Shown here: in pieces, positions 54,908 to 64,000 of the stretch | Numbering within the stretch: the first letter of the stretch is position 1 | Layout: every line of letters begins with the position of its first letter | Origin: Candidatus Sulfomarinibacteraceae bacterium | Lineage (GTDB): Bacteria > Acidobacteriota > Thermoanaerobaculia > Thermoanaerobaculales > Sulfomarinibacteraceae | Length of the DNA stretch: 64,000 bases | Assembly: GCA_963741385.1 (NCBI GenBank) | Contig: CAVUHO010000003.1 | Span: forward strand, 257,129 to 321,128 | Reading direction: 5' to 3' | Notes under the pieces: generated by a model | Seen by the model: the letters and a program-made list of their open reading frames with translations, nothing else | The model's database searches: none | What the model was told of the DNA's origin: nothing | Made by a program: the position numbers and the translations under genes

Positions 54908-55327
54908 ATGGGAGAACGACCCGTGCTCGATCACATCGGCATCGCCGTCGAGTCGATCGCCGAGGGCCGCCGCCTCTACGAGGCGCTGGGGCTCGCCGTC
55001 GAAGGTGAGGAGAACGTGCCCGCTCAGGGTGTTCGGGTGGCGTTCCTGTCGGTGGGCGACGGCCGCCTGGAACTCCTGGAGCCGACAACACCGGACTCTC
55101 CGATCGCCCGCCACCTCGAAAAGCGCGGCCAGGGTCTGCACCACATCTGCCTCAGAGTGGCAGATATCCGCCGATCGATGGCCGACCTGCGGAAAAGGGG
55201 TTTCGAGCTTCTCTCGGAACAACCGCAGTCCGGAGCGCACGGTTGCCTGGTGGCGTTCGTCCACCCCCGGTCAACGGGCGGTGTGCTGCTCGAACTGTCG
55301 CAGAGCGAAAGCCCGGACGGAGACTGA
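54908..55327 (+). CDS. mce: methylmalonyl-CoA epimerase (VOC family)
   Basis: DHIGIAV, LELLEP, GQGLHHICLRV, FVHPRSTGGVLLEL. Confidence 0.92.
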   Translation: MGERPVLDHIGIAVESIAEGRRLYEALGLAVEGEENVPAQGVRVAFLSVGDGRLELLEPTTPDSPIARHLEKRGQGLHHICLRVADIRRSMADLRKRGFELLSEQPQSGAHGCLVAFVHPRSTGGVLLELSQSESPDGD

Positions 55328-55339
55328 GGGGCGCGGCGC

Positions 55340-55669
55340 ATGGACGGCATCGGCACCGGATCGCTGGTCATCGTGAACTGCAGCAACCCACGCGAGAAGA
55401 TGTGGGGCGCAGTGGTGCAACTGGACACCTCCGGCGTGGTGATCCGTGGCCTCGATCTCGAGGCGGTCGATGACTGGGTGCGACAGGAGCGCTCGAGCGG
55501 CGAATCGCTGATCGGTCCCAGCACCTTCTTCATCCCCATGCACAGGGTGGTGCGGATCGACCTCGACGAGAGCCGCGGCGCCGTGGAGAGCACTGCGGAT
55601 CGTTATCGCTCAGCGTGCGGCCGCGACGTCCGCGAAGTCCTCGGCTCGCGCAACGGAAGCGACGAGTGA
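55340..55669 (+). CDS. conserved hypothetical protein, possibly Sm/Hfq-like beta fold
   Basis: LVIVNCSNPREKMWGAVVQLDTSGVVIRG...TFFIPMHRVVRI; well-placed ORF within the operon. Confidence 0.7.
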   Translation: MDGIGTGSLVIVNCSNPREKMWGAVVQLDTSGVVIRGLDLEAVDDWVRQERSSGESLIGPSTFFIPMHRVVRIDLDESRGAVESTADRYRSACGRDVREVLGSRNGSDE

Positions 55670-56565
55670 GGCTCCTCCCTCCGGTCTTCGCCGCGATTGC
55701 AGTCGCAGTCTGCACGCTGCCCGGCGTGGCTGTCGCCCAGTACCAGGGGGAGGTGGAGGTCGATGCGGTGGTCGTGCCGGTGACCGTCCGCAACAGGTCG
55801 GGCAGAGTGGTGACAGGCGTTCCGCAGAAGAGCTTCCACATCCGGATCGACGGCATCGAGGTGCCCATCCGGGACCTCGATCTGGAGAGCGACCTGCCCA
55901 TCAGCCTGTGCTTCATCCTCGACACCTCCGGTTCGATGGCGGGTCACAAGATGAGCGGCAGCCTGCAGCTGATCACGTCCTTCCTGATGCACCGTCGGCA
56001 GGACGACGAGCTTGCCCTGTGGACCTTCGGCAACGACCAGGTGGTGGAGCGATTCCCCTTCGGGATGGGGTGGTATCTGCTGCCGAGAGTCCTCGAGACC
56101 ATCAAGCCGTGGAGCACGACCGCGCTGTATGACATGGTGCTGCGGGTTCCCGAGACGCTGGAGAAGGCGAGCCACCACCGGCGTGCGGCGATTCTGCTCA
56201 CCGACGGGGTCGATAACGCCTCGAAAATCGGACCCGACGAGGCCACAGCGGTGGCGCGGCGTCTCGAGACTCCCATCTACGTGCTCGGTGTCGAGCCACC
56301 GACCTTTCTCGAGGTTGGGGATGGTCCGTCGTTCGAGGAGATCCTCACCCTGATCGCCGATTCCTCCGGCGGCCACTACCGCCGCATCCCGGCCGCCGAC
56401 GACATGCCCCAGGTGGTGGACGACATGCTGAACGAGTTGTCGTCGCGCTACATCCTCACCTTTGTCACGTCGGGCGTCGGCCAGCGCAAGTGGCGCACGA
56501 TCGAGGTCACCGTTGACGGTTACCAGGCCACGACGAGGTCGGGCTACATGGGGACATTGCCGTAG
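55666..56565 (+). CDS. VWA-domain protein (acidobacterial type)
   Basis: ILDTSGSM (MIDAS), TALYD, ILLTDGVDNAS; N-terminal signal peptide; GTGA coupling. Confidence 0.9.
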   Translation: MRLLPPVFAAIAVAVCTLPGVAVAQYQGEVEVDAVVVPVTVRNRSGRVVTGVPQKSFHIRIDGIEVPIRDLDLESDLPISLCFILDTSGSMAGHKMSGSLQLITSFLMHRRQDDELALWTFGNDQVVERFPFGMGWYLLPRVLETIKPWSTTALYDMVLRVPETLEKASHHRRAAILLTDGVDNASKIGPDEATAVARRLETPIYVLGVEPPTFLEVGDGPSFEEILTLIADSSGGHYRRIPAADDMPQVVDDMLNELSSRYILTFVTSGVGQRKWRTIEVTVDGYQATTRSGYMGTLP

Positions 56566-56592
56566 CCCCGTTTTTGTGCGTCGTTCCCGAGA

Positions 56593-56662
56593 GGATGCCA
56601 GGCACGCCGCCATGATGTTGAGGACAACATCATGCCGGGATGCCAGGCACCTCCGCCGCACG
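56593..56662. repeat. hairpin flanked by direct repeats
   Basis: CATGATGTTG-AGGA-CAACATCATG (56611-56634) between two GGATGCCAGGCAC copies; CCAGGCACCTCCGCCGCACG also occurs at ~51706. Confidence 0.7.
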
Positions 56663-56695
56663 TGATCCCCCCGGGAGGCGGTGTCACGAAGGGAT

Positions 56696-56823
56696 CATCC
56701 CGATGCTCACGGTGTTGTTGCCCGTGAGTGCCCCCTCAAACGATGGTTGGGCCCGATACCCTTACCTCACAACAGACGATCCGGGATCCCAACATCGTTT
56801 GAGACGGCACGTCCGGTGAACGC
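56696..56823 (+). ncRNA. structured non-coding element copy 2 (IS110 non-coding end / bridge-RNA-like; strand uncertain)
   Basis: Perfect 11-bp stem CTCAAACGATG/CATCGTTTGAG; same scaffold as 29597-29721 with different inner segments. Confidence 0.6.
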
Positions 56824-56981
56824 ATCCAGCATCTAGGATCGGCATCCAGGATCTTCCGAGTGCCCTTCAGGGCCCGAGGAGGCCGTGCGGCGGCATGGTG
56901 TATTACAATTATCCCGACAGAGCAGTCGTCGTTTCGAATCGAATAATTGAATAATTGAAAATCGGAGTGGTGGAGGTATAC

Positions 56982-57521
56982 ATGCGCAAGGCTCTTCTCG
57001 TTCTGGGGATCTGCATCCTGGCCGTCCCCGCGTGGGCGGGTGGCGGATACAGTCTTTTTGGCACGTGGACTGAAATCAACGAAGACGCATCTGCGCTGGG
57101 GGCAGGCGTGCGTGTTTCAGTCGGCGGGCAGAACTGGGTCGGCGATCTGACCTGGACGTGGCTCGAGGGACAGGACAACGTCAGCACCATCGCCGGATAT
57201 GAAGACAGCGTTCAGGTGATTCCCACCGACCTCGGTATTCGCTACCTGTTCAACACCCAGGGTTCCTTCAAGCCCTACATCGGTGTCGGTGCGACGTACT
57301 TCTGGGTCAACCTCAACGATGGCGGCGCGGAAAACCCATGGGGCGGCTACGGCATCCTCGGTTTCAGCATCGGTCAAAGCCGGGCCAGGTTCTTCGCCGA
57401 GGCGATCTACCGCTATGGCAGCAGCGACGTGACGTATCAGGTGACACCGGTCGCATCCGTGACGGGCTCGATGGATGTGGGTGGTTGGGGAGCCAACGCG
57501 GGCGTTATCTGGACGTTTTAG
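56982..57521 (+). CDS. outer-membrane beta-barrel protein (OmpW/OmpA-like)
   Basis: Signal peptide ...VPAWA; FKPYIGVGATY; C-terminal GVIWTF; RBS GGAGG. Confidence 0.85.
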   Translation: MRKALLVLGICILAVPAWAGGGYSLFGTWTEINEDASALGAGVRVSVGGQNWVGDLTWTWLEGQDNVSTIAGYEDSVQVIPTDLGIRYLFNTQGSFKPYIGVGATYFWVNLNDGGAENPWGGYGILGFSIGQSRARFFAEAIYRYGSSDVTYQVTPVASVTGSMDVGGWGANAGVIWTF

Positions 57522-57846
57522 CCGGCTCGTCGTCCTCGACGACGACTGCGGTGCCATAGGCGAGGAGTTCCGACGCGCCCTGCATGAGTTCTGACGTGGC
57601 GAACCGCGTCATGATGACCGCGTTCGCGCCCAGCTCTTCGGCCTCTTCCACCATCCGGTCGAGGGCCTGCTCGCGGGCCTCGGCCATCATCTTGGTGTAC
57701 TCGGAGATCTCGCCGCCCACGATGTTGCGCAGCACGGCCAAGATGTCCTTTCCGATATGGCGCGCACGAATTGTATTGCCCCGCACCAGACCGAGAGTTC
57801 GGACCACCCGCTTCCCCACGATGCGGTTGTCGGTGATGACGATCAT
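57505..57846 (-). CDS. YbjQ/UPF0145 family protein
   Basis: LGLVRGNTIRARHIGKD, VGGEISEYT, AREQALDRM, YGTAV. Confidence 0.95.
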   Translation of the reverse strand: MIVITDNRIVGKRVVRTLGLVRGNTIRARHIGKDILAVLRNIVGGEISEYTKMMAEAREQALDRMVEEAEELGANAVIMTRFATSELMQGASELLAYGTAVVVEDDEPAKTSR

Positions 57847-58286
57847 TTCTTCACCTCCCGGTAGCGGTCGGTCTTCGCCGAGGCGATGCGGTCCAGTACC
57901 ACCGAGGTGAAGAGGAGAGCCAGCGCGCTCAACCCGCCGAACACCAGCACGCGCTCGAAGAGATTGGCCGACGACTGCCAGAACTGCCACAGACCGTAGC
58001 TGATGACCGCCGCCAGCCACACCAGCCCCAGCGCCCAGCCCGAGCCCCGAGCCAGAAAGCTCGAAGTGGTGCGGGGCAGTTCGTCCCACTGGTCGTCGGC
58101 GGGTTTCGAGAACACGGTGGACATGGTTGCCTCCCGGAGAGCCTGCAGGTCCGCCAGCAAACCGCGGCAGTGGGCGCAGTCCTCGAGGTGAATCGTGACC
58201 TTCTGCTCCGCGGACTGGGTCAACTCGCCGTCGAGATGTCCCGAAAGCATGGTCTCGTCAAATGCGCGGGGGCACTGATCAGGCAT
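57843..58286 (-). CDS. zf-HC2 anti-sigma factor (membrane)
   Basis: LSGHLDGEL...HLEDCAHC; two C-terminal TM segments; overlaps the sigma stop. Confidence 0.88.
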   Translation of the reverse strand: MPDQCPRAFDETMLSGHLDGELTQSAEQKVTIHLEDCAHCRGLLADLQALREATMSTVFSKPADDQWDELPRTTSSFLARGSGWALGLVWLAAVISYGLWQFWQSSANLFERVLVFGGLSALALLFTSVVLDRIASAKTDRYREVKK

Positions 58287-58905
58287 CTCTGGCCTCCCCG
58301 GTGCTGCGCTGTCTGTCATGCACCAGATCGTGCAGGAGACGGCGCGCCCGGTGCAGGCGGGACATCACCGTTCCCCTGGGTATGTTGAGTGTGGACGCGA
58401 TGTCAGCGTAGGCGAGGTCCTGGTAGTCGCGGAGGACCAGCACCTCGCGGTAACCCGACGGCAGCTCCTGCAGACACTCCCAGACCAATCGCTGGAGCTC
58501 GCGGCGAACCGACTGCGCCTCGGGGTCGGGGCTCTCGTCCCTCGGTTCGAACCGCAGCGCGTCGTCGTCCGCGGGCTCGAGGGACTCGGTCCTGCGGATG
58601 CGGTTGCGGCGGGCGCGGTCGCGGACCAGATTGCGGACTATCCGCAGCAGCCAGGGGCGGACCGGCCGGGTCGGGTCGAATCTCCCGAGTGAGCGGAAAA
58701 ACCGCACCATGGCGTCCTGGGCGACGTCGAGGGCGTCGTCGGGGTTGCCGATGAGTTGGAGGGCGAAGACGTAGGCCTGCTGCCGGCAACTGCGCGCGAG
58801 TTCGTCGAGCGCCGCCGCTTCGCCGTGCTGGGCGAGCACGACCGTGTGCGATTCAACCGGCAGATCGGCCGCAAAAGCGGCAGGCACTGGCTGGCGGCTG
58901 GTCAT
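58279..58905 (-). CDS. ECF RNA polymerase sigma-70 factor
   Basis: DALDVAQDAMVRFFRSL..FD, PWLLRIVRN, YADIASTLNIPRGTVMSRLHRAR. Confidence 0.95.
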   Translation of the reverse strand: MTSRQPVPAAFAADLPVESHTVVLAQHGEAAALDELARSCRQQAYVFALQLIGNPDDALDVAQDAMVRFFRSLGRFDPTRPVRPWLLRIVRNLVRDRARRNRIRRTESLEPADDDALRFEPRDESPDPEAQSVRRELQRLVWECLQELPSGYREVLVLRDYQDLAYADIASTLNIPRGTVMSRLHRARRLLHDLVHDRQRSTGEARDA

Positions 58906-59010
58906 GGCGATGCTCACTCCGTTCTGTACGCGCCCGGTTCCCACAAATTCCCTGGCGCTCTCCCATTGCCTCGCCCGGCCGAGCAGCGGTCGAGGTGAGT
59001 TCGTCGTTCC

Positions 59011-59511
59011 TCAGTCGAGCGCCGCGAGGGCCGCTTCGTAGTCCGGCTCGGTCGTGATTTCGTCCACCAGCTGTGTGTAGAGGACGACGTCGTTGTCGTC
59101 CAGAATAACCACTGCGCGGGCACACAAACCGGCCATTGGACCGTCGATCTGCAGGATGCCGTAGTCACTCGCGAATTTCTTGTCCCGCATCATCGACAGC
59201 GGCACGACGTTGGCGAGGCCTTCGGTGGTGCAGAATCGCCCCTGCGCGAACGGCAAGTCGGCGGAAATCACCAACACGGTCGTGTGATCGAGCGATGCTG
59301 CTGCCTGGTTGAAGAACCGGGCCGAGGCCGCACAGACCGCGGTGTCGAGGCTCGGGACGATGTTGAGGACCTTTCGCTTGCCGGCGAACGCCCCGAGGCC
59401 CACGTCGGCGAGCGAGCCGTTGGTCAGCTTGAAGGCCGGCGCGGGACTCCCCACAGCGGGCAGCCGGCCGTTGGTGTTGATCGGGTTTCCTCTGAGATGA
59501 GTTGTCGCCAT
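59011..59511 (-). CDS. tpx: thiol peroxidase (atypical 2-Cys)
   Basis: [38 protein letters not shown]. Confidence 0.97.
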   Translation of the reverse strand: MATTHLRGNPINTNGRLPAVGSPAPAFKLTNGSLADVGLGAFAGKRKVLNIVPSLDTAVCAASARFFNQAAASLDHTTVLVISADLPFAQGRFCTTEGLANVVPLSMMRDKKFASDYGILQIDGPMAGLCARAVVILDDNDVVLYTQLVDEITTEPDYEAALAALD

Positions 59512-59525
59512 TGTGCTTCCTTTCG

Positions 59526-59999
59526 TTACCGGTTCCAGCGTTTTTCGAGGAGCCCGACGACCCGTCCGTATCCCTCCGCGTCGATCGCGTCGAAATGCGC
59601 AGGCTGATGCGAGTCGATGTCGAGGACACCGATCGGCCTGCCGGTGGCGTCGTGGATGGGCACCACGACTTCCGACCTCGTCCTATCGTCGCAGGCGATG
59701 TGGCTCGGGACGGCGTGGACATCGTCGACGACCTGGGTCGCGTCGGCGTCGATGGCCGCCCAGCACACGCCCTCGTGCCGCTCGAGCACCTGGCACGCGA
59801 CCGGGCCCTGGTAGGCATCCACGACGAGTTCGCCGCCCTTGAGGAAGTAAAAGCCCGTCCACGACACGCCGGGCACCTTGTGGTGGAGCAGCGCTGCGGC
59901 GGTGGCGCAGTGAGCCGTGCGGTCGTCAGTTTTCGCGAGCAGCTCTTCGAGCTGTTTCGCGATGCGTTCGAAGAGGCGTCTTTTTGAATCTTCGTTCAC
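59526..59999 (-). CDS. GAF protein, free methionine-(R)-sulfoxide reductase-like
   Basis: [37 protein letters not shown]. Confidence 0.9.
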   Translation of the reverse strand: MNEDSKRRLFERIAKQLEELLAKTDDRTAHCATAAALLHHKVPGVSWTGFYFLKGGELVVDAYQGPVACQVLERHEGVCWAAIDADATQVVDDVHAVPSHIACDDRTRSEVVVPIHDATGRPIGVLDIDSHQPAHFDAIDAEGYGRVVGLLEKRWNR

Positions 60000-60034
60000 G
60001 GTTGCCTTCCCCTTCACAGAACTCGTCCTCTGCT

Positions 60035-60065
<31 letters not shown>

Positions 60066-60075
60066 TTTCGGACGA

Positions 60076-62247
60076 TCACATCTCCTCCGGCACCGGGATC
60101 CCCAGCAGCTCCTCGAGCAGCACCTGCATCTCGTCGCTGAACACGGTGAAAACCGCCCTGCGAAGCCTCCGTTTGTGGTCATCGTCCTCGGGGACCACGG
60201 GGTGGTTGTGATAGAGACGGTGAAACAGCTGCGCCATCTCGTGGGCGTGCTGGGCGAGCAACGAAAACTCCAGGTTTGCCACCGCCTGGGCGACGATCTC
60301 GCGGCGGCGGGCCATCTGCAGCACCAGATCCCACAGATCGTCGTCCAGCTCGACTCCCGCGAGTTCAGCGATTTCGGAAGGCTCGAAGCGGCCTTCGCCA
60401 CGGCGTTCGGCGAGCTTGGTGAAGATCTTCCGCGCTCGCACCGCCGAGTACTGGAGATAGGGACCGGTGTCCCCCTCGAAGGCGAGGGCCTCGTCGAAGT
60501 CAAAGGCCAGGACCCGGTTGCGGGACTGGCGGGCCATCAGATAGCGCAAAGCGCCGACCGCGATAGCCTGCGCGCGGTCGGCCACGTCGGCTGGCGCACC
60601 GCTGCCCTGGAGACGGCCGACGACGGCGTCCTCCGCGGAATCCACCAACACGTCGAGGAACTCGTCGGCCTTGACGCCGATGCCGCGGCGGCCCGACATC
60701 TCGACATAGGCCTTGGACATCTCCTCGTCGCTGAGACCGAAGGAGGTCCCGGTCCGCTCTTCGATGACCCGCACCGCGGCCGGCGTCAGGGCGACCATCT
60801 CGTAGGCGAAGTGGATCGAGTTGTCGGCGGCCTCCGGGTGGCCGAGCACCCTGACCGCCTCCTTGACCACCTTCTGGGGATAGGATTGGCGGACGTCGAT
60901 GACGTTGTAGACCCGCTCGCCAGCGCCGAAAGAACGGCATGGGACCGACTCCCCGACGGTCGAGGTGGTTTGCACGAGAAGGTCGGGGCCGCTGCCGTAG
61001 TGCACCGGCGCCGCGGGCCCGGCGCGGAGCCAGTCGGCGAAGGGGCGGTATCCGAAATCGTGGCGCGAGCCGTCACGGTCGCGCAGCAACCCGAGCTTCC
61101 ACAGCTGGTAGGCGATGTCCTTGGCGGTGTAGGTGATCGTGCCGTTGGAACGCACCAGGATCTTGTCGGGGTCCTCCATGTCGGCAAACTCGGGGCTCGC
61201 TGCGAGGGACATCACCCAGCACCCCGAGTTCTTGCCGGCCTCCTCGAGACGGATGGCGCCGGCCTCCTCGAGCAACACGAAGGCGCGGTCCCAAAAGCCG
61301 AGCCGGATGATGTCGGACTCGTGAGGCAGCAGATCGTACGGCACGGCAAGACGCGCCATGGTGGCGAGGTGGCAGCGCACGTTCCCGTCGGCGATGGCGG
61401 CCGCGAGCCGGGCCACCGCGCGGCCGTTGAAGGCCTCGCCTGCCACCACCGACCCGCGCAGCAGGTGTAGCGCCTGGTCGAGCTCGAGATCGCCGTATCC
61501 CGCCTCGATGTGGTGCAGGATCTCGGCGCGGTGGATCGTGAAATCCGGGTCCTCAGCATAGCGGTTGGTGACCCGGGGGTAGATCTCCCAGCACAGGTCG
61601 TCGAAGTCCTTTGTCGAGGCGGCGGGCACGCCGTCCCCCGGCGCCCTTTCCATCACCATCTCGATGAGCTCGTCGCGGCGGCAGGGCTCGACACCGAGGC
61701 TGGCGGCGAGCCCGGTCTCGGGCAGGTAGAGCAGACCGACGACCACGTCCGCGACCTGGACGCCGGTGTCGTCGATGTAGTTCTGGACTTCGACGTCGGA
61801 GCCGAGGTGGCGCAGGCAGCGCACCAGGATGTCGCCAAGCACGGCGTTGCGCAGGTGGCCGATGTGGGCGGCCTTGTTGGGGTTGATGTTGGTGTGCTCG
61901 ACGATGGTCTTGAAAGCCACCGCTTCTACCGCGTCCGCTTCGCCCCCGAGGAGTCCGGCGAGCATGCGGTTGCGGTGGAGAAAGAGATTGAGAAAACCCG
62001 GACCGGCGATTTCCACGCGCTCCACTTCGTCATGCCACACCGCCTTCTCGACAACCGCCTCGGCAATCTGCCGCGGCGCCCGGCGCAGGACCTTGGCCAA
62101 AGGCAGCGCGCCGGGCCAGGCGAGATCGCCGAGATCGCGCCGCGGCGGCACCTCGAACACCACCTCCTCGGGCCGGTGGTCGAACTCGGCCTCGAGGGCG
62201 GCGGCAACCGCCTCCGCGGCGCGTTTCTTGATCGATTGCAGCGGCAT
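60076..62247 (-). CDS. argS: arginine--tRNA ligase
   Basis: EHTNINPNKAAHIGHLRN (HIGH), MSGRRG, GDTGPYLQYS; DALR anticodon-binding domain. Confidence 0.97.
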   Translation of the reverse strand: MPLQSIKKRAAEAVAAALEAEFDHRPEEVVFEVPPRRDLGDLAWPGALPLAKVLRRAPRQIAEAVVEKAVWHDEVERVEIAGPGFLNLFLHRNRMLAGLLGGEADAVEAVAFKTIVEHTNINPNKAAHIGHLRNAVLGDILVRCLRHLGSDVEVQNYIDDTGVQVADVVVGLLYLPETGLAASLGVEPCRRDELIEMVMERAPGDGVPAASTKDFDDLCWEIYPRVTNRYAEDPDFTIHRAEILHHIEAGYGDLELDQALHLLRGSVVAGEAFNGRAVARLAAAIADGNVRCHLATMARLAVPYDLLPHESDIIRLGFWDRAFVLLEEAGAIRLEEAGKNSGCWVMSLAASPEFADMEDPDKILVRSNGTITYTAKDIAYQLWKLGLLRDRDGSRHDFGYRPFADWLRAGPAAPVHYGSGPDLLVQTTSTVGESVPCRSFGAGERVYNVIDVRQSYPQKVVKEAVRVLGHPEAADNSIHFAYEMVALTPAAVRVIEERTGTSFGLSDEEMSKAYVEMSGRRGIGVKADEFLDVLVDSAEDAVVGRLQGSGAPADVADRAQAIAVGALRYLMARQSRNRVLAFDFDEALAFEGDTGPYLQYSAVRARKIFTKLAERRGEGRFEPSEIAELAGVELDDDLWDLVLQMARRREIVAQAVANLEFSLLAQHAHEMAQLFHRLYHNHPVVPEDDDHKRRLRRAVFTVFSDEMQVLLEELLGIPVPEEM

Positions 62248-62320
62248 CAGGCTCCTCCAGACTCGACGGGCGATTCTACTGCATCCCGGGCCGTCGCCTG
62301 CAACGTCCGCCCCACCACGC

Positions 62321-62548
62321 TGTCATCCCGACCGAAGCGTACACCGCTCCATCTTGTCATCCCGACCGAAGCGTACACCGCTCCATCTTGTCATCCCGAC
62401 CGAGCGAAGCGAGCGGAGGGATCTGGGTGGGGGCTCCAGGCAACGCTGTTCCGCGAGCCACCCCCCAGATCCCTCCGCTCGGTCGCTGCGCGCCCTCGGT
62501 CGGGATGATAGACGAGGGGTTACTGCGCTCCCTCGGGTGGGACGACAG
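62321..62548. repeat. second TGTCATCCCG REP-type element with a 34-bp left unit tandemly amplified
   Basis: TGTCATCCCG at 62321, 62355 and 62389; the same GAGGGATCTGGG/CCCAGATCCCTCCGCTCGGTCGCTGCGC core as 29894-30162. Confidence 0.9.
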
Positions 62549-62589
62549 AGGATCCGACAGGGTGAGGGCGATCCGGTGAACAGAGGAGA

Positions 62590-62691
62590 TTACGGTTCCG
62601 ACACCGAGAAATCACCGGGCGGTTCCCGGTAGGTGAGCCGGTCATTGACGTCCCGCCGGTGGCCGATCTGGAGGATCCAGATCTCATGGTT
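62590..62691 (-). pseudogene. RelE-family toxin C-terminal remnant
   Basis: NHEIWILQIGHRRDVNDR matches the RelE VxILxIGHRRDVY end; no N-terminal part is present. Confidence 0.5.
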
Positions 62692-62702
62692 GGGGGCAGA
62701 CG

Positions 62703-64000
62703 TCATCCGTGTGCGAACCGGCGAACCGCGAACACCAGGGCGACCACCGACAGGAGCGAGATTCCGAGGCCCGCAGGGAAGCCTTTTGGAACGTGGCGCC
62801 TGTCGACAACGTGAGTGCCTGCAGGTACGAAGACCGCCGAAAACGCGAAGTTGGCGTGCAGTTGAGCTGTCGTTTCGCCGTCGAGCGAGACCCGCCAACC
62901 GGGATTGAACGACTCCGAGAAGACGACCCATCCGGCGACCGCGGTGTCGATCATCACCGTCCAGTGATTCGTGCGCCGGTGCACCGACATGGCCGCTTGA
63001 CAGTCCTCGGCTTCGGCGGGGCTCGTATCGACTGCGGAAGGCCCCGGAGGCCCGGCCGTTCCAGGTTCGTCCAGAACCACTTCCGACCGCGGGTCGAACC
63101 CAGGCTCCGTCATGAGGCGAAGGGATTCTTCCGGGGATCCGGCAAGAAGCGCCGTGCGAACGAACCCCACCATCGGTGCCGATCCGAGGTTTCGGTATAC
63201 GAAAAAACGCCGATTCGAGGCATTGGGAATCTCGAACAGCGGCTCGAGTTGCGGGTGGTCGAGCCTTTCGTGACTCACGATCCAGCGCACCGCGGCAGCT
63301 GATAGCAGCGGAACCCGGCGCTGCCAACCGGATGCGGTGACCAGATCGGTCATCGAACGGATGCGTGACGCGGCCAACCCGTCAAAGTCGTCGTGGAACA
63401 CGACCGGCAGGCCATAGAGCCACGGCAGGTAGGTGTTCAGCACGTCGAGGTTCCACCTGTATCGGTGGTAGGGATCGTTCGATGGTGCAAAGAGCACCAG
63501 GTCAGAAGGTTGTGGCGTGCTGTAGACCCGACCTTCCTCGTCGAATGACAGGATCGCGGCCGCTGCTGCCAGTTCGTTCTCGAAAACGGACCGAGGCGCC
63601 GTCGGATTCACCGGCAATCCCGCCCACACGAGGTCGACGAGAACCAGCCCGACTATTACGGCAGGCTGCCACGGATGGACTCGGAGGGTTCGGGACAGGA
63701 ACACCAGGAAGCCCAGGGAAACAATCAGTGTGGTGCGGCCGAAAGCGGTCTCAAGGCCCTCGGCAATCAACGGCGAGTGGATGCCGAACAGGATTTCCTG
63801 GATCCGCACCGTGGCCTCGGGGGCATACCGGAGAACGGCGAAAGCTACCGCAACCACGATTCCGGAGATCCCGGTGATGACGGCGAGAATCCTGGACGGG
63901 CGTCTGGAGGCTGCCCCTGAATCGAAAATGAAGTGGGCCGCCATTGCGGAGAGGAGAGCGATGGGCAGCAAAGCGGCCGCCAGGAACTTGACCGGGAAGC
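62703..64000 (-). CDS. YfhO-like membrane protein (GT-C type), 5' end outside window
   Basis: TM segments followed by WVVFSESFNPGWRVSLDG...ANFAFSAVFVPAGTHVV and a terminal TM helix. Confidence 0.8.
   Translation of the reverse strand, partial: FPVKFLAAALLPIALLSAMAAHFIFDSGAASRRPSRILAVITGISGIVVAVAFAVLRYAPEATVRIQEILFGIHSPLIAEGLETAFGRTTLIVSLGFLVFLSRTLRVHPWQPAVIVGLVLVDLVWAGLPVNPTAPRSVFENELAAAAAILSFDEEGRVYSTPQPSDLVLFAPSNDPYHRYRWNLDVLNTYLPWLYGLPVVFHDDFDGLAASRIRSMTDLVTASGWQRRVPLLSAAAVRWIVSHERLDHPQLEPLFEIPNASNRRFFVYRNLGSAPMVGFVRTALLAGSPEESLRLMTEPGFDPRSEVVLDEPGTAGPPGPSAVDTSPAEAEDCQAAMSVHRRTNHWTVMIDTAVAGWVVFSESFNPGWRVSLDGETTAQLHANFAFSAVFVPAGTHVVDRRHVPKGFPAGLGISLLSVVALVFAVRRFAHG

Noticed and set aside
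56941-56962. GAATAATT tandem as a member of the heptamer family
   Set aside because: The period is 8, there are only two full copies and no core; may simply be part of the porin promoter.

Overview
High-GC chromosomal window. The gene content (VWA-domain, tricorn/S41, GH57, DnaC-like and SpoIID proteins) suggests Acidobacteriota, which is inference. Most of it is housekeeping and metabolic: ppk2, MscS, ribD/ribE, ftsY, polX, galT, SNF2 helicase, sodB, corA, mce, tpx, argS. Four things stand out. (1) A ~6.5-kb accessory island downstream of tRNA-Ala(CGC) carries AbiE toxin-antitoxin, an internally deleted IS91-family transposase and two and a bit DUF1254/DUF1214 genes. It is bracketed by a ~410-bp direct repeat containing the yigZ 3' end, a GIY-YIG remnant and a 169-bp tRNA-3'-end-tagged unit, which is also tandemly repeated behind the tRNA. 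(2) An ArsC-family gene has its catalytic Cys codon replaced by an in-frame TGA followed by a SECIS-like hairpin. It is a probable selenoprotein missed by the ORF track and sits behind a BlaI/CopY repressor with a perfect TACAnnTGTA operator. (3) Two orphan ~105-nt structured elements 27 kb apart have a covarying scaffold and variable inner segments, resembling IS110-type bridge/seek RNA non-coding ends without a transposase. (4) A dense family of intergenic composite repeats (7-mer arrays, CCACCCACC core, REP hairpins) often abuts stop codons. No CRISPR array or rRNA was found. Family calls come from motif recognition only; no database search was run.
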